A stretch of DNA of 40,964 nt from Macrostomum lignano (Eukaryota), in the NCBI GenBank assembly GCA_002269645.1, contig NIVC01004598.1:1-40964 (forward strand), read 5' to 3'. The position numbers and the translations under genes are program-made. Shown here piece after piece: positions 12,601 to 24,845 of the stretch. The stretch's first letter is position 1; each line of letters begins with the position of its first letter. The notes under the pieces were generated by a model that saw only the letters and a program-made list of their open reading frames with translations, made no database searches and was not told the DNA's origin.

Positions 12601-14408
12601 TGGGCAGCAAGACGAAACTATGATGGAAAACGTGGCGTTTCCTGTTCAGGCCAGAATTCAAGAAATACTATACCGCATAGTACACACATTTTGCACCACA
12701 GACCGGGTATGACAATTGCAGAGCAGATCAGATACACAGTGACAGCAGATGAAGCCAACTAACACAACAGACACACAAAGATAAAAACCAATACACAGCA
12801 GAAATCAAAGATGACAAACACCGGTGCACAACAGAAGACACTGTATAAACACAACAGAAGACACTCTACAAACACCAGTACGCAAAGAAGACACTGTACA
12901 AACACCAGTGCACAAAGAAGACACTGTACAAACACTGGTGCACAACAGAAGACACTGTACAAACACCGGTGCACAACAGAAGACACTGTACAAACACCGG
13001 TGCACAACAGAAGACACTGTACAAACACCGGTGCACAACAGAAGACACTGTACAAACACCGGTGCACAACAGAAGACACTGTACAAACACTGGTGCACAA
13101 AGAAGACACTGTACAAACACTGGTGCACAACAGAAGACACTGTACAAACACCGGTGCACAACAGAAGACACTGTACAAATACCGGTGCACAACAGAAGAC
13201 ACTGTACAAACACCGGTGCACAACAGAAGACACTGTACAAACACTGGTGCACAAAGAAGACACTGTACAAACACCGGTGCACAACAGAAGACACTGTACA
13301 AACACAACAGAAGACACTGTACAAACACCAGTACGCAAAGAAGACACTGTACAAACACCAGTGCACAAAGAAGACACTGTACAAACACCAGTGCACAAAG
13401 AAGACACTGTACAAACACTGGTGCACAACAGAAGACACTGTACAAACACCGGTGCACAACAGAAGACACTGTATAAACACAACAGAAGACACTGTACAAA
13501 CACCAGTACGCAAAGAAGACACTGTACAAACACCAGTGCACAAAGAAGACACTGTACAAACACCAGTGCACAAAGAAGACACTGTACAAACACTGGTGCA
13601 CAAAGAAGACACTGTATAAACACAACAGAAGACACTGTACAAACACCAGTACGCAAAGAAGACACTGTACAAACACTGGTGCACAACAGAAGACACTGTA
13701 CAAACACCGGTGCACAAAGAAGACACTGTACAAACACCAGTACACAAAGAAGACACTGTACAAACACCGGTGCACAACAGAAGACACTGTACAAACACCG
13801 GTGCACAACAGAAGACACTGTACAAACACCGGTGCACAACAGAAGACACTGTACAAACACCGGTGCACAACAGAAGACACTGTACAAACACCGGTGCACA
13901 ACAGAAGACACTGTACAAACACCGGTGCACAACAGAAGACACTTCGTCTTGCAGCATAAGATCAAAATGCACCAAAACCTGCCGGTACCTCTTGATTTCT
14001 GTCAGAACTTCTTCGCCGATGAAAATCAACTCCGCTGACGCCACCATTCAGCCGCCTGCTGTCATTGGCTGCCTGACGGTCGACTGGCACGCTGAACAGC
14101 TCTTCCAACTGTTCGAAATCCACTTCAAGATTTTCGCCTAGCAGAGAAAACTGCTGCTGATGCTGGCGATGCTGATGCAGAGCCTGATTCCACACCGTCT
14201 GCTTGCCGCGGAGGCGACTGTGCGGCACAGCCGACCAAGCCAGCTTCTTCAGCTTCACCCGGGATGCCGCCGCGGAACTGCCGGGATGACCGACGGCTGC
14301 ATCGCCAGATTGCGGCGGAGGCGGCGGCGGAGGCGGCGGAGGCGGAGGCGGAGGCGGAGGCGGAGGCGGAGGCGGCGTGGGCGGAGCTACCGAGTTTGGA
14401 GGTGGCAT
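5063..14408 (-). CDS. FHDC1: FH1-FH2 formin of FHDC1/INF1 type, 9 coding exons: 14408-13989, 11807-11539, 9408-9308, 9228-9158, 8654-8541, 8316-8243, 7477-7357, 7129-6928, 6681-5528 (or to 5063)
   Basis: Poly-Pro FH1 followed by FH2 motifs KLKKLAW...RGKQTVW...DFEQLEELF, ISLLDQRKCLSLSILLRQF, ILKIGNYLN, GNASGFRLHSLTKLGDIK and LAEYFCEE. All junctions are GT-AG with matching phases. About 841 aa to the TGA at 5528, or 996 aa to the TAG at 5063. The symbol reflects subfamily resemblance only, and the start codon is uncertain. Confidence 0.85.
5335..5650. repeat. 30-bp coding minisatellite, about 10 units (GTCCACTTCCGGTTTGCTTGCTTCCGGTTG; SGPTGSKQTG on -)
   Basis: Period 30 read directly from the sequence. 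Lies inside the formin last exon. Confidence 0.95.
6928..7129 (-). CDS. Formin exon, end of FH2
   Basis: KSRHELQLAQERLDTLHQERINLAEYFCEERGTFQLGDCFNILSTFL. Donor C|GTAATT in phase 1. Confidence 0.85.
7141..7319. other. About 180-bp intronic element with imperfect terminal inverted repeats built from TCACGTGA/TGACGT motifs (MITE-like or enhancer-like)
   Basis: Left end ATGACGT-cgcatac-GTCACGTGA; reverse complement of right end ATGACGT-aatat-GTCACGTGA. TCACGTGA at 7156, 7213 and 7299. Confidence 0.45.
7357..7477 (-). CDS. Formin FH2 exon
   Basis: INVEVISGDVASFLGRIGQMQTQLRLVTEDFRHSMAPFLQ. Confidence 0.85.
7625..8108. repeat. 38-bp minisatellite in formin intron
   Basis: Unit GAGTCAGRGATGCCGAAATGAGTGTCATGGGGAGCAAT, about 12 copies with degenerate ends. 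Confidence 0.95.
8243..8316 (-). CDS. Formin FH2 exon
   Basis: AVVRQNHEFLLELKSSMPNLSSAVK. TTGCAG acceptor, GTAAGG donor, phases fit. Confidence 0.8.
8541..8654 (-). CDS. Formin FH2 exon
   Basis: GAAQLGNASGFRLHSLTKLGDIKAVANSRLSLLTFLYE. Confidence 0.9.
9158..9228 (-). CDS. Formin FH2 exon
   Basis: DILHSQSLRDILHLILKIGNYLNS. TTTTAG acceptor and GTAAGT donor. Confidence 0.9.
9308..9408 (-). CDS. Formin FH2 exon
   Basis: FASHLEMLLTRAEYQAQMDDVLINLDSVIDTCR. Phases 2/1 fit the neighbouring exons. Confidence 0.85.
9440..9755 (-). mobile_element. tRNA-derived SINE with CORE-like central domain and (TAG/TAA)n tail
   Basis: On - strand: B-box GGTTCGATACC, then GTCACTTTGAGCAAGACACTTAAACTCC...TCAGTTCACCCAGCTGTAAAATGGGG (resembles the CORE/MIR-type domain), ending in ATTATTAGTATTAGTAATAATAGTAGTAGTAG. 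Confidence 0.6.
9860..10065. repeat. Degenerate short-period repeat (ACTAGAGATTAG-like)
   Basis: Recurrent AGACTAGAGATTAG / AGACTTGAGATT words. Confidence 0.6.
10846..11487. repeat. 32-bp minisatellite in formin intron 2
   Basis: Unit CATCMTCAACTCCCACCTGTCACCCAMCTCAG, about 20 copies. Confidence 0.95.
11539..11807 (-). CDS. Formin FH2 exon
   Basis: CAG|ATC encodes ISLLDQRK...LKELLKNLPD...YLLAQNK. Donor CA|GTGAGT. Confidence 0.9.
11837..12272. repeat. 11-bp tandem repeat AATCCAACTCT in formin intron 1
   Basis: About 39 copies, ending about 30 nt before the splice acceptor. Confidence 0.95.
12812..13941. repeat. Composite 31/30/23-bp minisatellite in formin intron 1
   Basis: Units AACAGAAGACACTGTACAAACACCGGTGCAC, AAAGAAGACACTGTACAAACACCAGTGCAC and truncated AACAGAAGACACTGTACAAACAC in recurring blocks. 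Confidence 0.95.
13989..14408 (-). CDS. Formin exon: FH1 poly-Pro and start of FH2
   Basis: (GGCGGA)n on + at about 14300-14375 encodes poly-Pro, followed by KLKKLAWSAVP. Donor GAG|GTACC. Confidence 0.85.
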
Positions 14409-14574
14409 CTTTCTGCTGCTGCTGCTGCTGGCGGTTGGTGGCACCTGCCGTTATCAAGTTGACTGCGTGGGAGGAACTGCCAGTAAGATCATGCGAAAGC
14501 ACGCAAGCTGACTGACTGGAATTGAAAGTAGAAGCTTAAAGGCTTACAGTGTGGCTGTTTGTGCAACGAAGGAG

Positions 14575-14606
14575 GAGAGGAGAGAGAGAGAGAGAGAGAG
14601 GAGAGA
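14575..14606. repeat. (AG)n microsatellite
   Basis: Read directly from the sequence. Confidence 0.9.
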
Positions 14607-14976
14607 ATCAGAACCAGTAGACACCATGACGGCCCAATCAGACCGCGTTTGCCTGGAAGAAGCAGACTCGACTGGCATGCAATGCAACTTTCAGCTTGCC
14701 GTCTATTGTATCGCTGAAGCAAGCGTTTCTTTGTGCGATTTTTTCCCGACAAGATCTGCTTCTTATCAACTATCATTTTCTACTTGATACATTGTACACG
14801 CTGGTATTGTTTGGCGCCATCAATTTCTGGAGAGACTATAAAAGTTTGCCTTTTTTCTGTTGCTGTCTGCTAAATGCTTTCGAGAACAACTTGGAGATTG
14901 TGTGATTCCTGGGTGGTTCCCACACGGATGCCAAATTCCTAATCCACATCTGCTAATTCTTATTTCTCAAATGTCA

Positions 14977-15660
14977 AATCCCGGTATTTTAATCCCGGTC
15001 TTTTAATCCCGGTCTTTTAATCCTGGTCTTTTAATCCTGGTATTTTAATCCTGGTCTTTTAATCCCGGTCTTTTAATCCTGGTCTTTTAATCCTGGTCTT
15101 TAAATCCCGGTCTTTTAATCCTGGTCTTTAAATCCTGGTCTTTTAATCCCGGTCTTTTAATCCTGGTCTTTTAATCCCGGTCTTTTAATCCTGGTCTTTT
15201 AATCCCGGTCTTTTAATCCTGGTCTTTTAATCCCGGTCTTTAAATCCCGGTCTTTTAATCCCGGTCTTTTAATCCCGGTCTTTTAATCCCGGTCTTTTAA
15301 TCCTGGTCTTTTAATCCTGGCCTTTTAATCCCGGTCTTTAAATCCTGGTCTTTAAATCCTGGTCTTTAAATCCTGGTATTTTAATCCCTGTCTTTAAATC
15401 CTGATCTTCTAATCCCGGTCTTTTAATCCCGGTCTTTAAATTCTGGTCTTTTAATCCTGGTCTTTAAATCCTGGTCTTTTAATCCCGGTGTTTTAATCCC
15501 GGTCTTTAAATCCCGGTCTTTTAATCCCGGTCTTTAAATCCCGGTCTTTTGAATCCTGGTCTTTAAATCCCGGTCTTTTTATCCTGGTCTTTTAATCCCG
15601 GTCTTTAAATCCCGGTCTTTTTATCCTGGTCTTTTAATCCTGGTCTTTAAATCTCAGTCT
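14977..15660. repeat. 14-bp tandem repeat AATCCYGGTCTTTW
   Basis: About 48 copies, degenerating to the right. Confidence 0.95.
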
Positions 15661-16167
15661 TCGAATCTGAGTCTTTTGATCCAGAACTTCGAAGCCTCCC
15701 AGTCTTTACATTGGAGTTTTTGGTATTTCAAAGTACCGAAAAATAATTTTATCAACCAACAGCGCACGGAAACTAGGCAAAAATTGTGTATATACAAACT
15801 TTTTTAGAAAACAAGATTACTTATCATATTTTGACTGCTACATGTAAGTTTGACTAGCTTATAGTAGATGTTTAGCCCGCACACTGTAAAGTATATTTAG
15901 CTAACAGCTTCTGTTTGTTGAATTATACGTCGTAGATGAAATTTGAAGCCGTCAGAAATGCTGTGAGAAAATCTGCCTTTTTGGTTTCCTATATTTTAGC
16001 TAGATCTACCACATTGACAATAGGCTAGGCTAGTACGAGAATTTCTAGCTAAGACTTTTTACTGCCAGTTATAACTTCAGACTTACAAGTCAACTATACT
16101 GTAACACATTGCACGCTCGCCACACGCCCAAATGCTCCATAGTGAGGTGACTCAGCCAGTTGAAATT

Positions 16168-16250
16168 CTTTTAGAAAGTCGTGCCAATGACCCGTGAAGG
16201 CATCTGACTTTCCGGCCGCGGTCCCTGGTTCGATTCCCCGTGCGCGGTCA
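16168..16250 (+). other. Degenerate tRNA-Glu-like / SINE-head sequence
   Basis: CTTTCCGGCCGCGGTCCCTGGTTCGATTCCCCG resembles the 3' half of tRNA-Glu(TTC) with B-box GGTTCGATTCC. The cloverleaf stems do not pair well. Confidence 0.35.
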
Positions 16251-16284
16251 CATTCATCATGCGCGGCACAGAGAGTGTACATGG

Positions 16285-17740
16285 CTGGAATAATGGCGCC
16301 AGATACATCGGGGAATAATGGCGCCAGATACATCGGAGAATAATGGCGCCGGATACATCGGGGAATAATGGCGCCAGATATATCGGAGAATAATGGCGCC
16401 AGATACATCGGGGAATAATGGCGCCAGATACATCGGAGAATAATGGCGCCGGATACATCGGGGAATAATGGCGCCAGATATATCGGAGAATAATGGCGCC
16501 GGATACATCGGGGAATAATGGCGCCAGATACATCGGGGAATAATGGCGCCAGATACATCGGGGAATAATGGCGCCAGATACATCGGGGAATAATGGCGCC
16601 AGATACATCGGGGAATAATGGCGCCAGATACATCGGGGAATAATGGCGCCAGATACATCGGGGGAATAATGGCGCCAGATACATCGGGGAATAATGGCGC
16701 CAGATACATCGGAGAATAATGGCGCCGGATACATCGGGGAATAATGGCGCCAGATACATCGCGGAATAATGGCGCCAGATACATCAGTGAATATTGACGC
16801 CAGATACATAAGGAAATAATATTGCCAGACACAAGGGAATAATGGCGCCAGATACATCGGGGAATAATGGCGCCAGATACATCGGGGGAATAATGGCGCC
16901 AGATACATCAGGGAATAATGGCGCCAGATACATCGGGGGAATAATGGCGCCAGATACATCGGGGGAATAATGGCGCCAGATACATCGGGGAATAATGGCG
17001 CCAGATACATCGGGGAATAATGGCGCCAGATACATCGGGGGAATAATGGCGCCAGATACATCGGGGAATAATGGCGCCAGATACATCGGGGGAATAATGG
17101 CGCCAGATACATCGGGAATAATCGCGCCAGATACATCGGGGGAATAATGGCGCCAGATACATCGGGGAATAATGGCGCCAGATACATCGGGGGAATAATG
17201 GTGCCAGATACATCGGGGGAATAATGGCGCCAGATACATCGGGGGAATAATGGCGCCAGATACATCAGGGAATAATGGCGCCAGATACATCGGGGGAATA
17301 ATGGCGCCAGATACATCGGGGAATAATGGCGCCAGATACATCGGGGAATAATGGCGCCAGATACATCGGGGGAATAATGGCGCCAGATACATCGGGGAAT
17401 AATGGCGCCAGATACATCGGGGAATAATGGCGCCAGATGCATCGGGGAATAATGGCGCCAGATACATCAGGGGAATAATGGCGCCAGATACATCGGGGGA
17501 ATAATGGCGCCAGATACACCAGGGAATAATGGCGCCAGAAACGTCAGGGAATAGTGGCGCCAGAAACGTCAGTGAATAGTGGCGCCAGAAACGTCAGGGA
17601 ATAGTGGCGCCAGAAACGTCAGTGAATAGTGGCGCCAGAAACGTCAGGGAATAGTGGCGCCAGAAACGTCAGGGAATAGTGGCGCCAGAAACGTCAGGGA
17701 ATAGTGGCGCCAGAAACGTCAGGGAATAATGGCGCCAGAA
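16285..17740. repeat. 26/27-bp minisatellite GGGGAATAATGGCGCCAGATACATC(G), changing to a 25-bp variant at the right end
   Basis: About 55 copies with variable G-run length. Terminal units GGGAATAGTGGCGCCAGAAACGTCA. Confidence 0.95.
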
Positions 17741-18544
17741 AAACGCATAAAAGAGGTCCCAACTGTAAAAATGTTATTTACAGGTACTTTCGAAGACAGC
17801 CGAATTCCTAAAATGTTGCTACTAAATCTCTCAGCTAAGTACGAAACGGTTGAGAGAAAACAGGCAGTCACTAGCGGTGACCCCACTTGACCTCATTGAG
17901 CTTTACTCGCCTCAGTCTCTGCCCTACGAATGCCTCATTAGAACAAACCATTTGTTTAACCGTTTATTAGCGACGAAGGCGGTCGCATCGTGTTCACTTC
18001 GTATTTATTATTTCTAAAGGAAGCTCTAGGATTCTGGGCGGGTTTAGCTTGTCAGGAAGCAGCCAGTAATTATATAGCAATCTTGCAGGATAACTATAAT
18101 CTATATAGTAAACTAGCATACGGTATGGTAAACATATTCCTATAGAAGAAGAAAAACACGGTAGACCCACTCTATTGAAGAAGAATTTTTTCGCCAAGTG
18201 TTTCAACGAGTTTGCCTCTGTCTGTGTGTGTGTGTGTGTTTGTGTAATAAAATGGAAAATTCGAGTAAACAGCAGCTGTGGCATTAAGATGTCGCTCAAC
18301 GTTATTGACACGCAAGCGTGAAGAGGTGCTGCTGTGTTACGCAATCATTCTCTGCAAGCTTTTCGTATTTCGATTTGGGTATGGGCGCTTTTAGCCTGCT
18401 CAACTGCCTCTGCATGCTTGAGTAGTGTTCTGGGTCGCTTGCTACTCACTGATTCTTCTCTTGCGTGAAACTCGGAATTTTAAAGAAACCTTGAAAGTTT
18501 TTGTTCCATAGATTGAATAAATTCTAACATTAAGCAGTGCAACT

Positions 18545-19728
18545 GGCTTCTAATGAGTTGGATTTTTCATTAGTGAGGCCGGTTTCTAATGAGTTGGATT
18601 TTTCATTAGTGAGGCCGGTTTCTAATGAGTTGGAATCCTTATTAGTGAGGCTGGTTTCTAATGAGTTGGATTCTTCATTAGTCATTGGTGAGGCCGGTTT
18701 CTAATGAGTTGGATTCTTCATTAGTCATTAATGAGTCCGGTTTCTAATGAGTTGGATTCTTCATCAGTCGTTAGTGAGGCCGGTTTCTAATGAGTTGGAT
18801 TCTTCATTAGTCGTTAGTGAGGCCGGTTTCTAATGAGTTGGATTCTTCATTAGTCATTAGTGAGGCCGGTTTCTAATGAGTTGGATTCTTCATTAGTCAT
18901 TAGTGAGGCCGGTTTCTAATGAGTTGGATTCTTCATTAGTCGTTAGTGAGGCCGGTTTCTAATGAGTTGGATTCTTCATTAGTCATTAGTGAGGCCGGTT
19001 TCTAATGAGTTGGATTCTTCATTAGTCGTTAGTGAGGCCGGTTTCTAATGAGTTGGATTCTTCATTAGTCGTTAGTGAGGCCGGTTTCTAATGAGTTGGA
19101 TTCTTCATTAGTCATTAGTGAGGCCGGTTTCTAATGAGTTGGATTCTTCATTAGTCATTAGTGAGGCCGGTTTCTAATGAGTTGGATTCTTCATTAGTCA
19201 TTAGTGAGGCCGGTTTCTAATGAGTTGGATTCTTCAGTAGTCGTTAGTGAGGCCGGTTTCTAATGAGTTGGATTCTTCATTAGTCATTAGTGAGGCCGGT
19301 TTCTAATGAGTTGGATTCTTCATTAGTCGTTAGTGAGGCCGGTTTCTAATGAGTTGGATTCTTCATTAGTCGTTAGTGAGGCCGGTTTCTAATGAGTTGG
19401 ATTCTTCATTAGTCATTAGTGAGGCCGGTTTCTAATGAGTTGGATTCTTCATTAGTCATTAGTGAGGCCGGCTTCTAATGAGTTGGATTCTTCATTAGTC
19501 ATTAGTGAGGCCGGCTTCTAATGAGTTGGATTCTTCATTAGTCGTTAGTGAGGCCGGTTTCTAGTGAGCTGGAATCCTTATTAGTGAGGCTGGTTTCTAA
19601 TGAGTTGGAATCCTTAATAGTGAGGCCGGTTTCTAATGAGTTGGATTCTTCATTAGTCATTAGTGAGGCCGGTTTCTAATGAGTTGGATTCTTGATTAGT
19701 GAGGCCGGTTTCTAATGAGTTGGATTCG
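18545..19728. repeat. 43-bp minisatellite (35-bp units at the edges)
   Basis: Unit GGTTTCTAATGAGTTGGATTCTTCATTAGTCRTTAGTGAGGCC, about 27 copies. Confidence 0.95.
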
Positions 19729-20040
19729 TTAGTTTGGATTCTAACGAGTTTAATTCTTACTCAGGAGCTTCACATTTTACATATCGATACACATATACGT
19801 CATGCATTTCATACACGCTACTGTTAACAGTAGGGGATTTAGAATATAAATTCAACCTCTATATAAATTCAACCTATATAAAGACTATAGTAAACATCTA
19901 TCTTTCTTTAGTTGCCAACAAAGCTTTATAAGCTGCGTGTATGCGTTCACATCCTGGATCCTGGAGAAAGAATTATGATAAAAGTACACAGCTGTATACG
20001 AATGCTGGTTCAAAAATAAGTTTACAATGCATGGCACATG

Positions 20041-23000
20041 TAAACCATCTATGGAACAACAATTGAGAATCGCCCTTAAACCATATATGAGAGTCGCCCT
20101 TAAACCGTCTATGAGAGTCGCCCTTAAACCATCTATGAGAGTCGCCCTTAAACCGTCTATGAGAGTCGCCCTTAAACCATCTATGAGAGTCGCCCTTAAA
20201 CCATCTATGAGAGTCGCCCTTAAACCATCTATGAGAGTCGCCCTTAAACCATCTATGAGAGTCGCCCTTAAACCGTCTATGAGAGTCGCCCTTAAACCAT
20301 CTATGAGAGTCGCCCTTAAACCGTCTATGAGAGTCGCCCTTAAACCGTGTATGAGAGTCGCCCTTAAACCGTCTATGAGAGTCGCCCTTCAACCATCTAT
20401 GAGAGTCGCCCTTCAACCATCTATGAGAGTCGCCCTTCAACCATCTATGAGAGTCGCCCTTAAACCATCTATGAGAGTCGCCCTTCAACCATCTATGAGA
20501 GTCGCCCTTCAACCATCTATGAGAGTCGCCCTTCAACCATCTATGAGAGTCGCCCTTAAACCATCTATGAGAGTCGCCCTTCAACCATCTATGAGAGTCG
20601 CCCTTCAACCATCTATGAGAGTCGCCCTTCAACCATCTATGAGAGTCGCCCTTCAACCATCTATGAGAGTCGCCCTTCAACCATCTATGAGAGTCGCCCT
20701 TCAACCATCTATGAGAGTCGCCCTTCAACCATCTATGAGAGTCGCCCTTCAACCATCTATGAGAGTCGCCCTTCAACCATCTATGAGAGTCGCCCTTCAA
20801 CCATCTATGAGAGTCGCCCTTCAACCATCTATGAGAGTCGCCCTTAAACCATCTATGAGAGTCGCCCTTAAACCATCTATGAGAATCGCCCTTAAAACCT
20901 CAATGAGAATCGCCCTTCAACCATCTATGAGAGTCGCCCTTCAACCATCTATGAGAGTCGCCCTTCAACCATCTATGAGAGTCGCCCTTAAACCATCTAT
21001 GAGAGTCGCCCTTCAACCATCTATGAGAGTCGCCCTTCAACCATCTATGAGAGTCGCCCTTAAACCATCTATGAGAGTCGCCCTTAAACCATCTATGAGA
21101 GTCGCCCTTAAACCATCTATGAGAGTCGCCCTTAAACCATCTATGAGAGTCGCCCTTCAACCATCTATGAGAGTCGCCCTTCAACCATCTATGAGAGTCG
21201 CCCTTCAACCATCTATGAGAGTCGCCCTTCAACCATCTATGAGAGTCGCCCTTCAACCATCTATGAGAGTCGCCCTTCAACCATCTATGAGAGTCGCCCT
21301 TCAACCATCTATGAGAGTCGCCCTTCAACCATCTATGAGAGTCGCCCTTCAACCATCTATGAGAGTCGCCCTTCAACCATCTATGAGAGTCGCCCTTAAA
21401 CCATCTATGAGAGTCGCCCTTCAACCATCTATGAGAGTCGCCCTTCAACCATCTATGAGAGTCGCCCTTCAACCATCTATGAGAGTCGCCCTTCAACCAT
21501 CTATGAGAGTCGCCCTTCAACCATCTATGAGAGTCGCCCTTCAACCATCTATGAGAGTCGCCCTTCAACCATCTATGAGAGTCGCCCTTCAACCATCTAT
21601 GAGAGTCGCCCTTCAACCATCTATGAGAGTCGCCCTTCAACCATCTATGAGAGTCGCCCTTCAACCATCTATGAGAGTCGCCCTTCAACCATCTATGAAA
21701 GTCGCCCTTCAACCATCTATGAGAGTCGCCCTTCAACCATCTATGAGAGTCGCCCTTCAACCATCTATGAGAGTCGCCCTTAAACCATCTATGAGAGTCG
21801 CCCTTCAACCATCTATGAGAGTCGCCCTTCAACCATCTATGAGAGTCGCCCTTCAACCATCTATGAGAGTCGCCCTTCAACCATCTATGAGAGTCGCCCT
21901 TCAACCATCTATGAGAGTCGCCCTTCAACCATCTATGAGAGTCGCCCTTCAACCATCTATGAGAGTCGCCCTTCAACCATCTATGAGAGTCGCCCTTCAA
22001 CCATCTATGAGAGTCGCCCTTCAACCATCTATGAGAGTCGCCCTTCAACCATCTATGAGAGTCGCCCTTCAACCATCTATGAGAGTCGCCCTTCAACCAT
22101 CTATGAGAGTCGCCCTTCAACCATCTATGAGAGTCGCCCTTCAACCATCTATGAGAGTCGCCCTTCAACCATCTATGAGAGTCGCCCTTCAACCATCTAT
22201 GAGAGTCGCCCTTCAACCATCTATGAGAGTCGCCCTTCAACCATCTATGAGAGTCGCCCTTCAACCATCTATGAGAGTCGCCCTTCAACCATCTATGAGA
22301 GTCGCCCTTCAACCATCTATGAGAGTCGCCCTTAAACCATCTATGAGAGTCGCCCTTAAACCATCTATGAGAATCGCCCTTAAAACCTCAATGAGAATCG
22401 CCCTTAAACCGTCTATGAGAATCGCCCTTCAACCATCTATGAGAGTCGCCCTTCAACCATCTATGAGAGTCGCCCTTCAACCATCTATGAGAGTCGCCCT
22501 TCAACCATCTATGAGAGTCGCCCTTCAACCATCTATGAGAGTCGCCCTTCAACCATCTATGAGAGTCGCCCTTCAACCATCTATGAGAGTCGCCCTTAAA
22601 CCATCTATGAGAGTCGCCCTTAAACCATCTATGAGAGTCACCCTTAAACCATCTATGAGAGTCGCCCTTCAACCATCTATGAGAGTCGCCCTTCAACCAT
22701 CTATGAGAGTCACCCTTAAACCATCTATGAGAGTCGCCCTTCAACCATCTATGAGAGTCGCCCTTCAACCATCTATGAGAGTCGCCCTTAAACCATCTAT
22801 GAGAGTCGCCCTTCAACCATCTATGAGAGTCGCCCTTCAACCATCTATGAGAGTCGCCCTTCAACCATCTATGAGAGTCGCCCTTAAACCATCTATGAGA
22901 GTCGCCCTTCAACCATCTATGAGAGTCGCCCTTCAACCATCTATGAGAGTCGCCCTTCAACCATCTATGAGAGTCGCCCTTCAACCATCTATGAGAGTCG

Positions 23001-24845
23001 CCCTTCAACCATCTATGAGAGTCGCCCTTCAACCATCTATGAGAGTCGCCCTTCAACCATCTATGAGAGTCGCCCTTCAACCATCTATGAGAGTCGCCCT
23101 TCAACCGTCTATGAGAGTCGCCCTTAAACCATCTATGAGAGTCGCCCTTAAACCATCTATGAGAGTCGCCCTTCAACCATCTATGAGAGTCGCCCTTCAA
23201 CCATCTATGAGAGTCGCCCTTCAACCATCTATGAGAGTCGCCCTTAAACCATCTATGAGAGTCGCCCTTAAACCATCTATGAGAATCGCCCTTAAAACCT
23301 CAATGAGAATCGCCCTTCAACCATCTATGAGAGTCGCCCTTCAACCATCTATGAGAGTCGCCCTTCAACCATCTATGAGAGTCGCCCTTAAACCATCTAT
23401 GAGAGTCGCCCTTCAACCATCTATGAGAGTCGCCCTTCAACCATCTATGAGAGTCGCCCTTAAACCATCTATGAGAGTCGCCCTTAAACCATCTATGAGA
23501 GTCGCCCTTAAACCATCTATGAGAGTCGCCCTTAAACCATCTATGAGAGTCGCCCTTCAACCATCTATGAGAGTCGCCCTTCAACCATCTATGAGAGTCG
23601 CCCTTCAACCATCTATGAGAGTCGCCCTTCAACCATCTATGAGAGTCGCCCTTCAACCATCTATGAGAGTCGCCCTTCAACCATCTATGAGAGTCGCCCT
23701 TCAACCATCTATGAGAGTCGCCCTTCAACCATCTATGAGAGTCGCCCTTCAACCATCTATGAGAGTCGCCCTTCAACCATCTATGAGAGTCGCCCTTCAA
23801 CCATCTATGAGAGTCGCCCTTCAACCATCTATGAGAGTCGCCCTTAAACCATCTATGAGAGTCGCCCTTAAACCATCTATGAGAGTCGCCCTTCAACCAT
23901 CTATGAGAGTCGCCCTTCAACCATCTATGAGAGTCGCCCTTCAACCATCTATGAGAGTCGCCCTTCAACCATCTATGAGAGTCGCCCTTAAACCATCTAT
24001 GAGAGTCGCCCTTAAACCATCTATGAGAATCGCCCTTAAAACCTCAATGAGAATCGCCCTTCAACCATCTATGAGAGTCGCCCTTCAACCATCTATGAGA
24101 GTCGCCCTTCAACCATCTATGAGAGTCGCCCTTCAACCATCTATGAGAGTCGCCCTTAAACCATCTATGAGAGTCGCCCTTAAACCATCTATGAGAATCG
24201 CCCTTAAAACCTCAATGAGAATCGCCCTTCAACCATCTATGAGAGTCGCCCTTAAACCATCTATGAGAGTCGCCCTTCAACCATCTATGAGAATCGCCCT
24301 TAAAACCTCAATGAGAATCGCCCTTCAACCATCTATGAGAGTCGCCCTTCAACCATCTATGAGAGTCGCCCTTCAACCATCTATGAGAGTCGCCCTTAAA
24401 CCATCTATGAGAGTCGCCCTTCAACCATCTATGAGAGTCGCCCTTAAACCATCTATGAGAGTCGCCCTTAAACCATCTATGAGAATCGCCCTTAAAACCT
24501 CAATGAGAATCGCCCTTCAACCATCTATGAGAGTCGCCCTTAAACCATCTATGAGAGTCGCCCTTAAACCATCTATGAGAATCGCCCTTAAAACCTCAAT
24601 GAGAATCGCCCTTCAACCATCTATGAGAGTCGCCCTTAAACCATCTATGAGAATCGCCCTTAAAACCTCAATGAGAATCGCCCTTAAACCATCTATGAGA
24701 GTCGCCCTTAAACCCTCAATGAGAATCGCCCTTAAACCCTCAATGAGAATCGCCCTTGAACCCTCAATGAGAATCGCCCTTGAACCCTCAATGAAAATCG
24801 CCCTTGAACCCTCAATGAAAATCGTCCTTAAACCATCTGAGAATC
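20041..24845. repeat. 4.8-kb 24-bp satellite ATGAGAGTCGCCCTTMAACCATCT (about 200 units), open as ORF 20027-24853
   Basis: Phase is kept without net indel across the array. The + frame gives (MRVALQ/KPS)n. Confidence 0.97.

Noticed and set aside
12428-12712. 94-aa plus-strand ORF in formin intron 1
   Set aside because: No recognisable domain, splice context or polyA signal.
12759-14047. Long Cys/Thr-rich ORFs on both strands
   Set aside because: They are translations of an intronic minisatellite inside the formin intron.
16094-17519. Several 100-420-aa ORFs (MYLAPLFP...)
   Set aside because: They cycle through the frames of a 26/27-bp repeat and show no other coding signal.
19973-23968. Minus-strand (KGDSHRWL)n ORFs
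   Set aside because: This is the antisense frame of the 24-bp satellite, broken by variant units.
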